From assembly GCA_965202665.1 (NCBI GenBank), contig OZ241841.1, forward strand, positions 768,001-832,000: a DNA stretch of 64,000 bases, given 5' to 3'. Position numbers and translations under genes: made by a program. Origin of the DNA: Candidatus Spongiisociaceae bacterium. GTDB lineage: Bacteria; Actinomycetota; Acidimicrobiia; Spongiisociales; Spongiisociaceae. Shown here one piece after another: positions 17,633-29,181 of the stretch; position 1 is the first letter of the stretch, and every line of letters starts with the position of its first letter. Below the pieces are notes generated by a model. That model did not search any database, was not told the origin of the DNA, and saw only the letters and a program-made list of their open reading frames with translations.

Positions 17633-18688
17633 CTATCCCGCTCCGCTCAGAAAACAGCGCAGGGTTTTATAGGCTTCATCCAGATTGGCCAGGGGGACGC
17701 TTTCCCCGGCTTGGTGGGCTTGGGCGGTTTCGCCGGGGCCGTAGTTGACAGCGGGTACGCCATGGGCGGCCAAACGGGCTACGTCCGTCCACGCCTGTTT
17801 GGGTTCCACCGGGGCGTCCGCGCACCGGCGGAGCCGTTCCAAAAACGGATTGTCCTCCGGGACCGGGGCGGCCGGGGCGATGTCGGTAATCTCCACTTCG
17901 TCCGCCCCCGACGACGCCTCCAACAGGCGCCGGCGCGCTTCGTCCGGGGTGCGGTGGGGAGCGAACCGGTAGTTCAGGTTTATTTCAAAGGCGCCGGGGA
18001 TGACGTTGTTGGCCACTCCGCCCGCCGCCCGCGTCACCGAAAACACCTCGTAGAAGGTGAGGCCGCCCGACTCATGGGGCTCCGGCTCCCGGCGGTGCAT
18101 CCCGGCCAGCCAGCCGCCCGCTTTGGTCACCGCGTTCTCCCCCAACCAGGGGCGGGCGCTGTGGGCGGCCCGGCCCGTAAAGCGCACCGCCGCGTTGACC
18201 ACCCCGGTGCATCCCAACTGCAGGGCCAGGTCGGTGGGCTCCCCCACGATGGCGAACTGGGCCTCGGCCAGCCAGGGGAGGGCCCGCAACGTCGGCTCCA
18301 AGCCGTTGGCGGCGAACGGCCCCTCTTCGGCGTCGTAGAACACCCCCGCCGTATCGTAGGGCCCGTCCATGGCCGCGGCCTCTTCCAGCAGGTGGAGCAT
18401 CACCGCCAAACCGGCTTTCATATCGGAAGCCCCCAACCCGTACAGCCGCCCGTTCTCCATCCGGGCCGGGCCCTGCCCTTGGCGGGGAACCGTGTCCAAA
18501 TGGCCCACCAGCAGGACCAGGGGGCGGCCGGTGCGCCGGCCCGCCACCAGGCTGTTGCCCACCCGGCGCATCTCGTCTTCCCGATAGACGGCGGACAGCC
18601 GTTCCGCCAAGGCCGCGCACAGCGGCCCCTCCTCCCCGGTCGCCGACGGCGTATCCACCAGCCACGTCAAAGTGTCGGCCAGGTTCAA
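17633..18688 (-). CDS. dapE: Succinyl-diaminopimelate desuccinylase
   Basis: GHLDTVP, GASDMKAG, AHSARPWLGENA and WTDVARL motifs; TTG start overlaps the dapD stop. Confidence 0.9.
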   Translation of the reverse strand: MNLADTLTWLVDTPSATGEEGPLCAALAERLSAVYREDEMRRVGNSLVAGRRTGRPLVLLVGHLDTVPRQGQGPARMENGRLYGLGASDMKAGLAVMLHLLEEAAAMDGPYDTAGVFYDAEEGPFAANGLEPTLRALPWLAEAQFAIVGEPTDLALQLGCTGVVNAAVRFTGRAAHSARPWLGENAVTKAGGWLAGMHRREPEPHESGGLTFYEVFSVTRAAGGVANNVIPGAFEINLNYRFAPHRTPDEARRRLLEASSGADEVEITDIAPAAPVPEDNPFLERLRRCADAPVEPKQAWTDVARLAAHGVPAVNYGPGETAQAHQAGESVPLANLDEAYKTLRCFLSGAG

Positions 18689-19491
18689 ACCGTCACCTCG
18701 AAGACGCGCAGGGCCTCGTTGAGCGAAGTGCGGTCGTCGGTGCCCGCGGTGCGTTGGCCGATGATGTAGGCGCAGGCCAGGGAGGCGGTTCCGGACGGGA
18801 ACTCTTTGGGGCGGGTTCCGGGAACCACCACCGAACGGGCGGGCACCCGGCCCCGGTACTCCGTCCGCTCCGGGCCGGTCAGGTCGATGATGGGGGTGGA
18901 AGCGGTTATGGCCACGTTGGCGGCCAGCACCGCCCCCTCCTCGATCAGGGCCCCTTCGGTGACGATGCACCGGCTGCCCACGAACGCCCCGTCCTCCACG
19001 ATCACCGGCCGGGCGTTGGGGGGCTCCAGCACCCCCCCTATCCCCACCCCGCCGGACAGGTGGACCCCCGCACCGATCTGGGCGCAGGAACCGACCGTGG
19101 CCCAAGTGTCCACCATCGTCCCGGCCGCCACATAGGCCCCGATGTTCACATAGCCGGGCATCACGATCACCCCCGGCTCGCAGAAGGCCCCGTAGCGCAC
19201 CGCGCCGGGGGGGACCACCCGCACCCCCGCCTCGGCCAGATTCTGCTTGGTGGGAATCTTGTCGTAAAACCCGATGTCGCCGGCCCGCATCTCCCGCATT
19301 TCGGCCACCCCGAAGTAGAGCAGGATGGCCTGTTTGACCCACTCGTTCACCACCCACACCCCGCCGGTTTTTTCCGCCACCCGAATCTCCCCGGCGTCCA
19401 AGCGGGCGATGGCCTCCAGCACCGCCGTCCGAGCATCCCTCAGGCGGCTGCGGTCCGCAAAGGCCGCCTCTATCAGTTCACGGTCAGACAT
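18685..19491 (-). CDS. dapD: Tetrahydrodipicolinate N-succinyltransferase
   Basis: WVKQAILLYF, YDKIPTK and MVDTWATVGSCAQIG..HLSGGVGIGGVLEP motifs. Confidence 0.95.
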   Translation of the reverse strand: MSDRELIEAAFADRSRLRDARTAVLEAIARLDAGEIRVAEKTGGVWVVNEWVKQAILLYFGVAEMREMRAGDIGFYDKIPTKQNLAEAGVRVVPPGAVRYGAFCEPGVIVMPGYVNIGAYVAAGTMVDTWATVGSCAQIGAGVHLSGGVGIGGVLEPPNARPVIVEDGAFVGSRCIVTEGALIEEGAVLAANVAITASTPIIDLTGPERTEYRGRVPARSVVVPGTRPKEFPSGTASLACAYIIGQRTAGTDDRTSLNEALRVFEVTV

Positions 19492-20612
19492 TTTTGCATC
19501 ACCTCCATCGCCTGTTCGCATTCTTCCACGGTCGGAACCAAAGCCAGCCGAATGTAGTTTCGGCCGCCCGGACCGAACGCCCGGCCGGGGGTGACCGCCA
19601 CCCCCGCGTCCAACAGCCGGTCGGCGACCGCCAGGTCATCGTCCACCTTCGCCCACAGGTAAAGGCCCGCTTGGGAAGCGACCGGCTCCAAACCGGCGGC
19701 GGCCAAGCCCCGGCTCAGGACCGCCCTTCGTTCCCGGATGATCTCCCGCACCCGGGCCGCATGCCGGTCGTCCCCCCAAGCGGCTGCGGCCGCCGCCTGC
19801 ACGAAATCGGGGGAAGCCGTGCCGGTTCCGGTGCGGAGCAACTTCAAGGCGGATACGGCGGCCGGGTCGCCCACCACCGCCCCGCTGCGGTATCCGGTCA
19901 TCCCGCTCCGTTTGGACAGGCTCATATATACCAGGACGCCTTCGGTCCCGTTCACTTGCAGCAGGGAAGGCGGCGGCCGGTCCTCGTAGATGTCGGCGTA
20001 GCATTCGTCCGAGCAGAGCAAAGTCTCTTCGGCGGCGGCCCGTTCCCGGAACCGGGCCAACTCATCGAGCGGGATGACGGAACCGGCCGGGTTGTGCGGC
20101 GTGCACAACCACAGCATCCGGGCTTTGCGCCACACCTCGTCGGGGACATCGGAGGCCCGGAAAATGAAGTCATCCCGCGTGGGAAGCGGGACGGACTCCG
20201 CCCCGGCGAACAGCGCCCCCCGTTCGTATACGGGGTAGCCGGGGGTGGACCAAGCCACCGCTTGCCCCGCCGCCCGGTCGATGAAAGCCAGCGGAGTTGA
20301 AAAAATGGCTTCTTTCGCCCCCGAGCAGGGGAGAACCTCCCGGTCGGGGTCCGCTCGCACCCCGAACCGCCGCCGCACATAGCCGGCCACGGCCTCCCGC
20401 AGGGCGGGCAAACCGGCCACCGTCGGATACTGGGAGACGGACGGAACCGCCTCCCGCAAGGTCTGCGGGATGACGTCCTCAGTGGGCTCCCGCAGATCGC
20501 CGATGGAAAAATCGGCCAGCAACTTTCCGGCCTCCCGCAAAGCCCGCGTCCGGTCGTGTACGGCGGTGACGGGATTTTTACCCACCCGCTCCAAAATCGG
20601 ATTAAGGCGCAT
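19473..20612 (-). CDS. dapC: PLP aminotransferase class I/II, succinyldiaminopimelate transaminase
   Basis: PHNPAG, SDECY and SLSKRSGMTGYRSG motifs; operonic with dapD and dapE. Confidence 0.85.
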   Translation of the reverse strand: MRLNPILERVGKNPVTAVHDRTRALREAGKLLADFSIGDLREPTEDVIPQTLREAVPSVSQYPTVAGLPALREAVAGYVRRRFGVRADPDREVLPCSGAKEAIFSTPLAFIDRAAGQAVAWSTPGYPVYERGALFAGAESVPLPTRDDFIFRASDVPDEVWRKARMLWLCTPHNPAGSVIPLDELARFRERAAAEETLLCSDECYADIYEDRPPPSLLQVNGTEGVLVYMSLSKRSGMTGYRSGAVVGDPAAVSALKLLRTGTGTASPDFVQAAAAAAWGDDRHAARVREIIRERRAVLSRGLAAAGLEPVASQAGLYLWAKVDDDLAVADRLLDAGVAVTPGRAFGPGGRNYIRLALVPTVEECEQAMEVMQKCLTVN

Positions 20613-20679
20613 CCTCCGAGAATAGCCCCCGGCCGGAATTATTCCGAACGGCTACAGCTGTACATGGCCAGTAGGTTGG

Positions 20680-21627
20680 TTACAGTCTGGAGGTTGGTGG
20701 TTTGCCTCCGAGGCTGTAGCGGGGTCGGTGGTTATTGTAGTAGTGGAGCCAGTGGCGGAGGGCTTGGTTTCGGGTTTGGTTGTCGGGCCAGGGTTGGGAG
20801 TTGGCCCATTCGCGTTTGAGGGTTTGGTTGTATCGCTCCACTTTGCCGTTCCGCTGGGGATGATACGGTCTGATCGTGATATGACGGATGTCGTGCTGGG
20901 CGAGCAGGGAAGCGAACGCTCGGCTGCGGGTGTAGCTCCAGTGGTTGTCGGTCATGATCTCCGCGATGTGGGTTATGCCTAGTTGGCGGAAGTGGTGGAG
21001 GGCGCGGGCGGTGAACGCGGCGACGGTGGTTCCTTTCTCGTCTGATAGCGTTTCGGAGTAGGCGAGGCGGGTGTAGTCGTCCACGATGGAGTGCACAAAG
21101 GTCCATCCCGCTCCGCTGGCGGGGGCGTTGCCCCGGCCGTGTACCTTCCATCCCCCGCCGGGCGGTATGGAAGAAAGCTTCTTAACGTCCATATGCAGCA
21201 ACTCACCAGGCCGTTCCCGTTCATACCGCACCACCGGCCCGGGAGGGGTTTTGAGCGGTTCGCCGGTCAGCAGGTCGCATTCCCACAGACGCAACACTCC
21301 GCGGCGGCGGAGGATGCGGCTGATCGTCCGCTCCGGCACCCCCGTAAACGCCGACAACCGAGCGGGCCCCGCCCGCAACCGCCGCCGCGCCCGCAGCACC
21401 AGCTCTTCCACCGCCGGGCTGGTACGCATAGGGGAACAACGCGGCCGAGACGACCGGTCCTCCAAACCGGCCTCGCCTTCCTCCCGGTAACGGCGCACCC
21501 ACTTGGACACGCACTGCCGAGACAGGCCCATTCCCCGAGCCACCCGCGCCACCGGCTCCCCTTCTTCTATCACCCGCAACACCATCCCCAAACGTCCCAA
21601 AGGCGACGACCTCGCGTTACCATGCAT
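20680..21627 (-). CDS. IS481-family DDE transposase
   Basis: MHGNA start, HTH, RYERERPGELLHMDVKKL, VDDYTRLAYSE, MTDN and PQRNGKVERYN motifs. Confidence 0.95.
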   Translation of the reverse strand: MHGNARSSPLGRLGMVLRVIEEGEPVARVARGMGLSRQCVSKWVRRYREEGEAGLEDRSSRPRCSPMRTSPAVEELVLRARRRLRAGPARLSAFTGVPERTISRILRRRGVLRLWECDLLTGEPLKTPPGPVVRYERERPGELLHMDVKKLSSIPPGGGWKVHGRGNAPASGAGWTFVHSIVDDYTRLAYSETLSDEKGTTVAAFTARALHHFRQLGITHIAEIMTDNHWSYTRSRAFASLLAQHDIRHITIRPYHPQRNGKVERYNQTLKREWANSQPWPDNQTRNQALRHWLHYYNNHRPRYSLGGKPPTSRL

Positions 21628-21630
21628 CCC

Positions 21631-21690
21631 TGAAGACCTCCTCCCGTGCTATAGGGTGCTTTCACTCCCCATAACACCAGGAGGTCTTCA
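21631..21690 (-). promoter_or_regulatory. 12-bp perfect inverted repeat that could sequester the transposase RBS
   Basis: TGAAGACCTCCT (21631-21642) / AGGAGGTCTTCA (21679-21690), immediately upstream of the transposase ATG. Confidence 0.65.
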
Positions 21691-22171
21691 CTTATGCAAC
21701 AACCAAACCGTCGCCAACGTCCTGGCCAAGTACAACTAGCGTGCACAGGCAGAAAGGCCCTACCAGATCCAAGTTGGGTAGAATCTCCCCCAAGGTGCCC
21801 TCTGGATTCCGGGCAGTTTCAGAACACATTTCACAAACATTTCAATTTCATCCGCAACTAGCAGACCAGCAGATAGGCTTTTGTCAGCAAGTAATCACGG
21901 TACCGGTATAGGATTGCCTGCTGGCATTAACCCTGTCAGACTATCATTATCAGGTCTGTGTTCGTTAGCAGAAGAGAAGCTGCTGATTACAGGCTTATCC
22001 CCTGGTATGTTCCTGTAACGACCGTGTTCTTGCCTAGATAGTCTACCTGACCAACCAGCCGAAACAAACAAGCCTGTGCTGTCCAGACTGGTCAGGCCAT
22101 ATAGATTACCGGTCAGGCCTGTGGGGTCAAATAAGACTAACCATCAGGCATAAGATGTTACTGGTCAGACA

Positions 22172-22930
22172 TCAGGACGCACGCAAGATGTTATCAAAAG
22201 CCTGCCCTCCCTGCTCCATAACCTGTTTGGCATCCTGTACTATCTGTACGGCATACTGGATTGTCTGCTCTTCCTGTTGGTTCACCTGCGTTTCCAGGTC
22301 GATGGCAAACCGGACAGCCTGGTCAGTGTCCAGAACATTCTGCCATTCCTGCTCCGTGACCCGGATAGTCTGTCCTACCTGTTGCTGGTATTTTGCCCTG
22401 ACCAGCAGGACTGCCGTCAGCACTGCCTGTCCTGTATCTGCTACCTCCAGCCTGGCGGCCTCTATACCACTAATAGCATCATCCGCCCCATCATATATTT
22501 TCTTTTTTGCCTCTAAGTACTGTATGATTGCTTGCCAGGCTAACTGCCTAACCTGCTTTTTCTGCCGTCTGCCCTTAGCAATCTGCCACATCTGGTAAGC
22601 ACCCTGTAATGCCTGGACACCAGACCGCAGGTTTGGGATACCCTCTGTCCTAACATTCTGGATAGCTTGACGGAACACCTGAATGCTAACCTGATGATGT
22701 TGAATGGCAGTCAGATAGGTTCTGACAGCCTGTCTGATGGTTTCCAGAACATCCAGAATACTGGTCTGTTCTGACCATCCACCATCTACTGGTTGTATCC
22801 AGTTGCTGATGGCAGGAACAGACGGGCTTGCACTGTCATCAGGACTGACCAAGTCATACAGCCTATCCAGGCCTGCAATGTCTGACGGACTGTCGCCAAG
22901 CCACTGGGCAGGGTGCTGCTGGTCTGACAT
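22172..22930 (-). CDS. Orphan Gln-rich helical protein (252 aa)
   Basis: Long ORF, TGATG-coupled to the upstream ORF; no family recognised. Confidence 0.7.
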   Translation of the reverse strand: MSDQQHPAQWLGDSPSDIAGLDRLYDLVSPDDSASPSVPAISNWIQPVDGGWSEQTSILDVLETIRQAVRTYLTAIQHHQVSIQVFRQAIQNVRTEGIPNLRSGVQALQGAYQMWQIAKGRRQKKQVRQLAWQAIIQYLEAKKKIYDGADDAISGIEAARLEVADTGQAVLTAVLLVRAKYQQQVGQTIRVTEQEWQNVLDTDQAVRFAIDLETQVNQQEEQTIQYAVQIVQDAKQVMEQGGQAFDNILRAS

Positions 22931-23211
22931 CAGCGTTCCTGCTCTGTGACCTGGATAGCAGACCTGTATTTCCTATAAATTTCTATAATACCCTGCCGGT
23001 AATCATCCTGGGCTATCAGGTCAGTCCAGTTCCTGTCTATGTTCAGCATCATCGCCCGCACCTCCTTATAGAACAGGCACCTGTCATCCAGAGGAACCGT
23101 TTGCCACCCTGAACAGAGAGCCTGATGGAAATCATCCTCTGCCAGCATAACCTGTATGGCATCTATCAGTTCAGCAGGCATATCCTGGTTATGCTCTGTG
23201 GTGGTGAACAT
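22930..23211 (-). CDS. Orphan 93-aa protein
   Basis: GGAGG 5 nt before the ATG (MFTTTEHN...); stop overlaps the next start. Confidence 0.65.
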   Translation of the reverse strand: MFTTTEHNQDMPAELIDAIQVMLAEDDFHQALCSGWQTVPLDDRCLFYKEVRAMMLNIDRNWTDLIAQDDYRQGIIEIYRKYRSAIQVTEQER

Positions 23212-23474
23212 ATGTTCCTCCATTGTGTTTCTGATGGGTCTGATGACCAGCCTGTTCTGTTCAGTATAGACTGGTCTGTGGAAATGCCAATCCGTCAGGC
23301 AGGACAAGCCTGGATATTAGACAGACCAGCAGACCAGAGAAGATCCGATTAATGGAGGGCCCACCTCAAACTAGCGTAACCACCCAACCCCTCACCCCCC
23401 TCAAACTACGAAGAGTCTGTAAAAGTGGTAACATAAGGAAGGCCGCTGACTGCGGAATGGGAAAGGAGGTTCCT

Positions 23475-24395
23475 ATGGCCAAGGATTATCAACTGGGCCG
23501 CCTGGAGAAGGTGGACCTGCGCGAGGTGTGGGCGGACGAGGCCGGGGACTTCACGCCGTGGCTGGCCGGTGAGGAAAATATCGCCCTGCTCTCCGATGCC
23601 ATAGGCCTGGACTTGGAGGTCGAAGAAACCGAGAAGAGAGTCGGCTCCTTTGCGGCGGACATCGTCTGCAGGGAGTGGGGAACCGAACATCGGGTTCTGA
23701 TCGAAAATCAGTTTGGGGAGACCGACCACGATCATCTTGGCAAACTTATAACTTATGCCGCAGGGTTGGATGCCGCTACTGTCATCTGGATAGCCAGCGA
23801 CCTGCGCGAGGAGCACCGAACCGCTTTGGACTGGTTGAACGACAACATCAGAGAAGAGTTTGGGTTTTTGGGAATTAAAATAGAACTATATCGTATTGGG
23901 GACTCCTTGCCTGCTCCGAAATTTTATATTATCTCGAAACCAAACAAATGGGATATGGTTACTAAACAGTTACCAAACCTGTATACAATAAGACTGGAAT
24001 ATTGGACGCAATTTTGTGAATTAGTGAAAAAAAGAGGTGGTCCGGTCAAGCCAGCTGAACCTAGTAAGACATGGATAAGACATTCAGTTCTACCCGGTTT
24101 TAAATTAGATATGGGAAATAATAGTATCAAAAAAACGATAAATATCAATGTAAGTCTGACAAAAACAGACTATAAAGAAGTATTTAAAGTGCTGGAGAAA
24201 GACAAAGAGCAAATTAAACAGGAGGCCGGGGAAAAATTTGAATGGCGTCAAAGAACTGGTCAAATTTTTCTTAGGAAATATTCGTGTGATATAAGGGATA
24301 GTGAAAGTTGGCCGGAGCAACATGATTGGCTTTATGAAAAACTGCAGTTGTTCCATAAAGTGTTCACGCCGCGAATTGAGAAAATTTATGACTAA
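23475..24395 (+). CDS. PD-(D/E)XK (NucS/EndoMS-like) nuclease domain + DUF4268 protein
   Basis: LGRLEKVDLREVWADEAGDFTPWL..ADI..VLIENQFGETDHDHLGKLITYAAG; C-terminal YWTQF...WPEQHDWL; AAGGAGG RBS. Confidence 0.85.
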   Translation: MAKDYQLGRLEKVDLREVWADEAGDFTPWLAGEENIALLSDAIGLDLEVEETEKRVGSFAADIVCREWGTEHRVLIENQFGETDHDHLGKLITYAAGLDAATVIWIASDLREEHRTALDWLNDNIREEFGFLGIKIELYRIGDSLPAPKFYIISKPNKWDMVTKQLPNLYTIRLEYWTQFCELVKKRGGPVKPAEPSKTWIRHSVLPGFKLDMGNNSIKKTININVSLTKTDYKEVFKVLEKDKEQIKQEAGEKFEWRQRTGQIFLRKYSCDIRDSESWPEQHDWLYEKLQLFHKVFTPRIEKIYD

Positions 24396-24789
24396 GGGAC
24401 GGTATCGGGCATTGTTTTTACTGTTGGGGGCGGCGGGGTTGGCGGTGGTGGCACTCGCCTTCTTGTACGGCTCGCCGGAGCGGGAGCGGGAACCGTTGCC
24501 CGACGTGTTGGAAGCCGTCAGCCCGCAACCGGGCAGCCAGGTGCCCCGGCAGACGGCGGTGGAAGTGGACCTGCCGGTCGGATACCGGCTGGAAATGTTC
24601 GCGGACAACTTCCGGGTGCCCCCCTCCGAAATTCGGTTCGTGGAAGGCACCGGGGTCCACACTTGGTCGCCCTCCTCCTCCTCCTCCATCCAATGGGGGG
24701 CCGGGGAGCATCGGGTGCTGGTGCGCTGGGAGCGTCTCAGCGGACTGCCCGATGTCGGCGAATATTCTTGGAGTTTCCGGGTTTTCTGA
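24388..24789 (+). CDS. Membrane-anchored Ig/CopC-like hypothetical protein
   Basis: N-terminal TM segment, then SPQPGSQV..GEHRVLVRW..YSWSF. Confidence 0.65.
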   Translation: MTKGRYRALFLLLGAAGLAVVALAFLYGSPEREREPLPDVLEAVSPQPGSQVPRQTAVEVDLPVGYRLEMFADNFRVPPSEIRFVEGTGVHTWSPSSSSSIQWGAGEHRVLVRWERLSGLPDVGEYSWSFRVF

Positions 24790-24814
24790 GCGGACGCCGC
24801 CCCCGGCCCCTCGC

Positions 24815-26908
<2,094 letters not shown>

Positions 26909-26921
26909 CTACTTCACCGGG

Positions 26922-27977
26922 TCAAGCGGCGGCGGAGATGATCCCGCCCCCCGCCACTTCCTCCCCGTGATAGAAAGCGGCCGTCTGACCGGGGGACACC
27001 CCCCACGCCGGCTGCTCCAGCCGCACCCGCCACATCCCTTCCCCCGCCTCTTCCAAAAAACCGGGATGGGCGGTTCCGTGCGCCCGGTACTGCACCAGGG
27101 CCGGGCCCGGAGCCGGAGCGTCCACCCAACTCACCTGCCGCACCTCCATCTCGCGCACCTGCAGATGATGACGGCGGCCCAAAGTGACGGTGGCGGAAGC
27201 CGGGTCGATGGAGGCCACGTAACGGGCTTCGCCCACCGCCACCCCCAAACCCCGCCGCTGGCCGATGGTGAACCCGGCCACTCCCTGATGCTCGCCCAGT
27301 TCCGTCCCGTCGTGGTCCACGATCGGGCCGGGCCGGGAGCCGGCGCCCTGGTCGGCCAGAAACCGGCGGTAGTCGCCTTGCCCGACGAAGCAAATGTCCT
27401 GGCTGTCCGGCTTGGCGGCGATGCGCAAGCCCAACTCGGCCGCCTCCCGCCTGGTCCGCTCCTTGGTCATCTCCCCCACCGGAAACCGCGCCCGCTCCAA
27501 CTCGGACTGCCCCAGCATGGACAGCACGTAAGACTGGTCTTTGTCCGGATCGGCGCCCCGCAACAACCGCCGCCGACCCCCGTCTTGGATGTTGCGGGCG
27601 TAATGGCCGGTGGCCACCACCCGGCAATCCAAATCGGCCGCCTGCTCCAAAAGGCGGGCGAACTTGACGGTGCGGTTGCATTCCACGCACGGGTTGGGGG
27701 TGCGGCCCGCAACGTAATCGCCGATGAACCGCTCCACCACCCCGCCCATGAACTCCTCGGTGTAATCCCACACGTAATAGGGGATGTCCAACCGGGCCGC
27801 CACCCGCCGGGCGTCTTCGGCGTCGGAGACGGTGCAGCACCCGGCGGAGGGGGCCTCCCCGTTCGGCCCCTGCCAGAGTTTCATAGTCACCCCGATCACC
27901 TCCCACCCCCGGCGGAGCATCAGGGCGGCCGCCACCGACGAATCCACGCCGCCCGACATCGCAACCAGGGCCCTCAT
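26922..27977 (-). CDS. mnmA: tRNA 2-thiouridine synthase
   Basis: AMSGGVDS, TPNPCVECN, ATGHYA, KDQSY and DSQDICF motifs. Confidence 0.96.
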   Translation of the reverse strand: MRALVAMSGGVDSSVAAALMLRRGWEVIGVTMKLWQGPNGEAPSAGCCTVSDAEDARRVAARLDIPYYVWDYTEEFMGGVVERFIGDYVAGRTPNPCVECNRTVKFARLLEQAADLDCRVVATGHYARNIQDGGRRRLLRGADPDKDQSYVLSMLGQSELERARFPVGEMTKERTRREAAELGLRIAAKPDSQDICFVGQGDYRRFLADQGAGSRPGPIVDHDGTELGEHQGVAGFTIGQRRGLGVAVGEARYVASIDPASATVTLGRRHHLQVREMEVRQVSWVDAPAPGPALVQYRAHGTAHPGFLEEAGEGMWRVRLEQPAWGVSPGQTAAFYHGEEVAGGGIISAAA

Positions 27978-29113
27978 CGCAGGGCCTCCGCCTGTTCGGC
28001 CGCCAAACGGGCCGCCGCCGCCCCCTCCCCGGGGCGGGTGGTCCACCCGAACGAAAAACGCAGGCACTCCCGGGCCCGGCCCGGGCCGTAGCCCATCGCC
28101 TCCAACACATGGGAGGCGGCCGCCGCCCCCGACTGGCAGGCGGAGGCGGCCGAGGCGCACGCCCCGGCCTGATCCAAGCGGGCCAACAGGGTTTCGTTGC
28201 GAACACCGGGGATTCGCACATGGCTGATGTGCGGGACGCGGGACAGGTCGGCGGCGGTGATTTGGGTTTCCGGCAGGCGGGCGGTCAAAACCCGTTCAAA
28301 ATCATCCCGCTCCCGGGCGGTTCGCGCCCGAAAGTCGTCCCGGTCGTCCGCCGCGGCCCGCATGGCGGCCGCCATGCCCGCCGCCCCCATCACGTTGTGG
28401 GTGCCCGACCGCCGCCCCAACTCCTGGCCCCCCCCGTGCAGCAACGGCTCCAGCGGGGTCCCCTCCCGGACGTACAGGACCCCCGTCCCTTTGGGACCGC
28501 CGAACTTGTGGGCGGACAGGGTAAGCAAATCCACCCCCAACTGGTCCACGTGCAACGGTTCGGATGCGAATCCTTGCACGGCGTCGGTGTGCGCCGCCGC
28601 CAGCGGATTGGCCTCCCGCACCGCCGCCGCCGTCTCCGCCACCGGCTGGATGACGCCGGTTTCGTTGTTGGCCAGCATCATCGACGCCACCGCCGTTTCG
28701 CGGTCCACGAAGGAGGCGACCTGGTCCGGATCCGCCAGCCCGCGGGAATCCACGGCGGCCAAGGCCACCGGAAAACCATGCGCTTGGCAGAACCGGGCCG
28801 CGTCCAGCACCGCCGCGTGTTCCACCGCGGTAGCCACCACGCCGCGCCGCCCGTCTCCGGCGAAAACCGGGCCTTTGACGGCCAGGTTGTCGGATTCGGT
28901 GCCCCCCCCGGTGAAGACGATCTCCAACGGGCGGGCCCCCAGCAGTTCGGCTATCCGCTCCCTGGCCTCCTCCAAGGCGTTTTTGGCGCGGCGGGAAACG
29001 CTATGGGAACCGGAAGGGTTTCCATAGTCGCCGTCCTGGTAGGGCGCCATCGCCTCCCGGGCCTGCGGACGCAGGGGGGAGGAAGCGGCGTGATCCAGAT
29101 ACAAGGTTTCCAT
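27974..29113 (-). CDS. iscS: IscS/NifS-type cysteine desulfurase
   Basis: YLDHAA, GNPSGSH, HTDAVQ, SAHKFGGPKG and SAASAC motifs; coupled to mnmA. Confidence 0.88.
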   Translation of the reverse strand: METLYLDHAASSPLRPQAREAMAPYQDGDYGNPSGSHSVSRRAKNALEEARERIAELLGARPLEIVFTGGGTESDNLAVKGPVFAGDGRRGVVATAVEHAAVLDAARFCQAHGFPVALAAVDSRGLADPDQVASFVDRETAVASMMLANNETGVIQPVAETAAAVREANPLAAAHTDAVQGFASEPLHVDQLGVDLLTLSAHKFGGPKGTGVLYVREGTPLEPLLHGGGQELGRRSGTHNVMGAAGMAAAMRAAADDRDDFRARTARERDDFERVLTARLPETQITAADLSRVPHISHVRIPGVRNETLLARLDQAGACASAASACQSGAAAASHVLEAMGYGPGRARECLRFSFGWTTRPGEGAAAARLAAEQAEALR

Positions 29114-29181
29114 GCCGTACATTTTGCCCTATTGTCGCGCGCCGGTGCGACAGGCTCCGCCGCCGGCTCTAATCTGGGGGC

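Larger units (their letters stand above)
20659..21734 (-). mobile_element. IS481-family insertion sequence (1076 bp)
   Basis: Terminal inverted repeats TGTACATGGCCAGTAGGTTGG / TGTACTTGGCCAGGACGTTGG (18/21) with TGT...ACA ends; CTAG on the right flank. Confidence 0.92.
21734..23377. other. CpG-depleted, CAG/CTG-rich ~50% GC island bounded by AACTAGCGT direct repeats (21734-21742, 23369-23377)
   Basis: Hand count gives ~23 CG in 22141-23340, versus 8 in a single 60-nt line of flanking core DNA (24481-24540). CAG/CTG occurs ~4-6 times per 60 nt in the lines counted. Confidence 0.75.

Noticed and set aside
20653-21740. Target-site duplication of IS481
   Set aside because: The flanks TACAGC and ACTAGC are not identical, so no clean TSD can be claimed.
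21752-23365. Terminal inverted repeats of the island (GGCCCTACCA vs GGCCCTCCA)
   Set aside because: Too short and imperfect to call a transposon end.
21743-23368. Eukaryotic (host) DNA contamination as the explanation for CpG depletion
   Set aside because: The ORFs have a Shine-Dalgarno and TGATG translational coupling, which indicates prokaryotic or phage organisation. A chimeric assembly cannot be excluded without reads.
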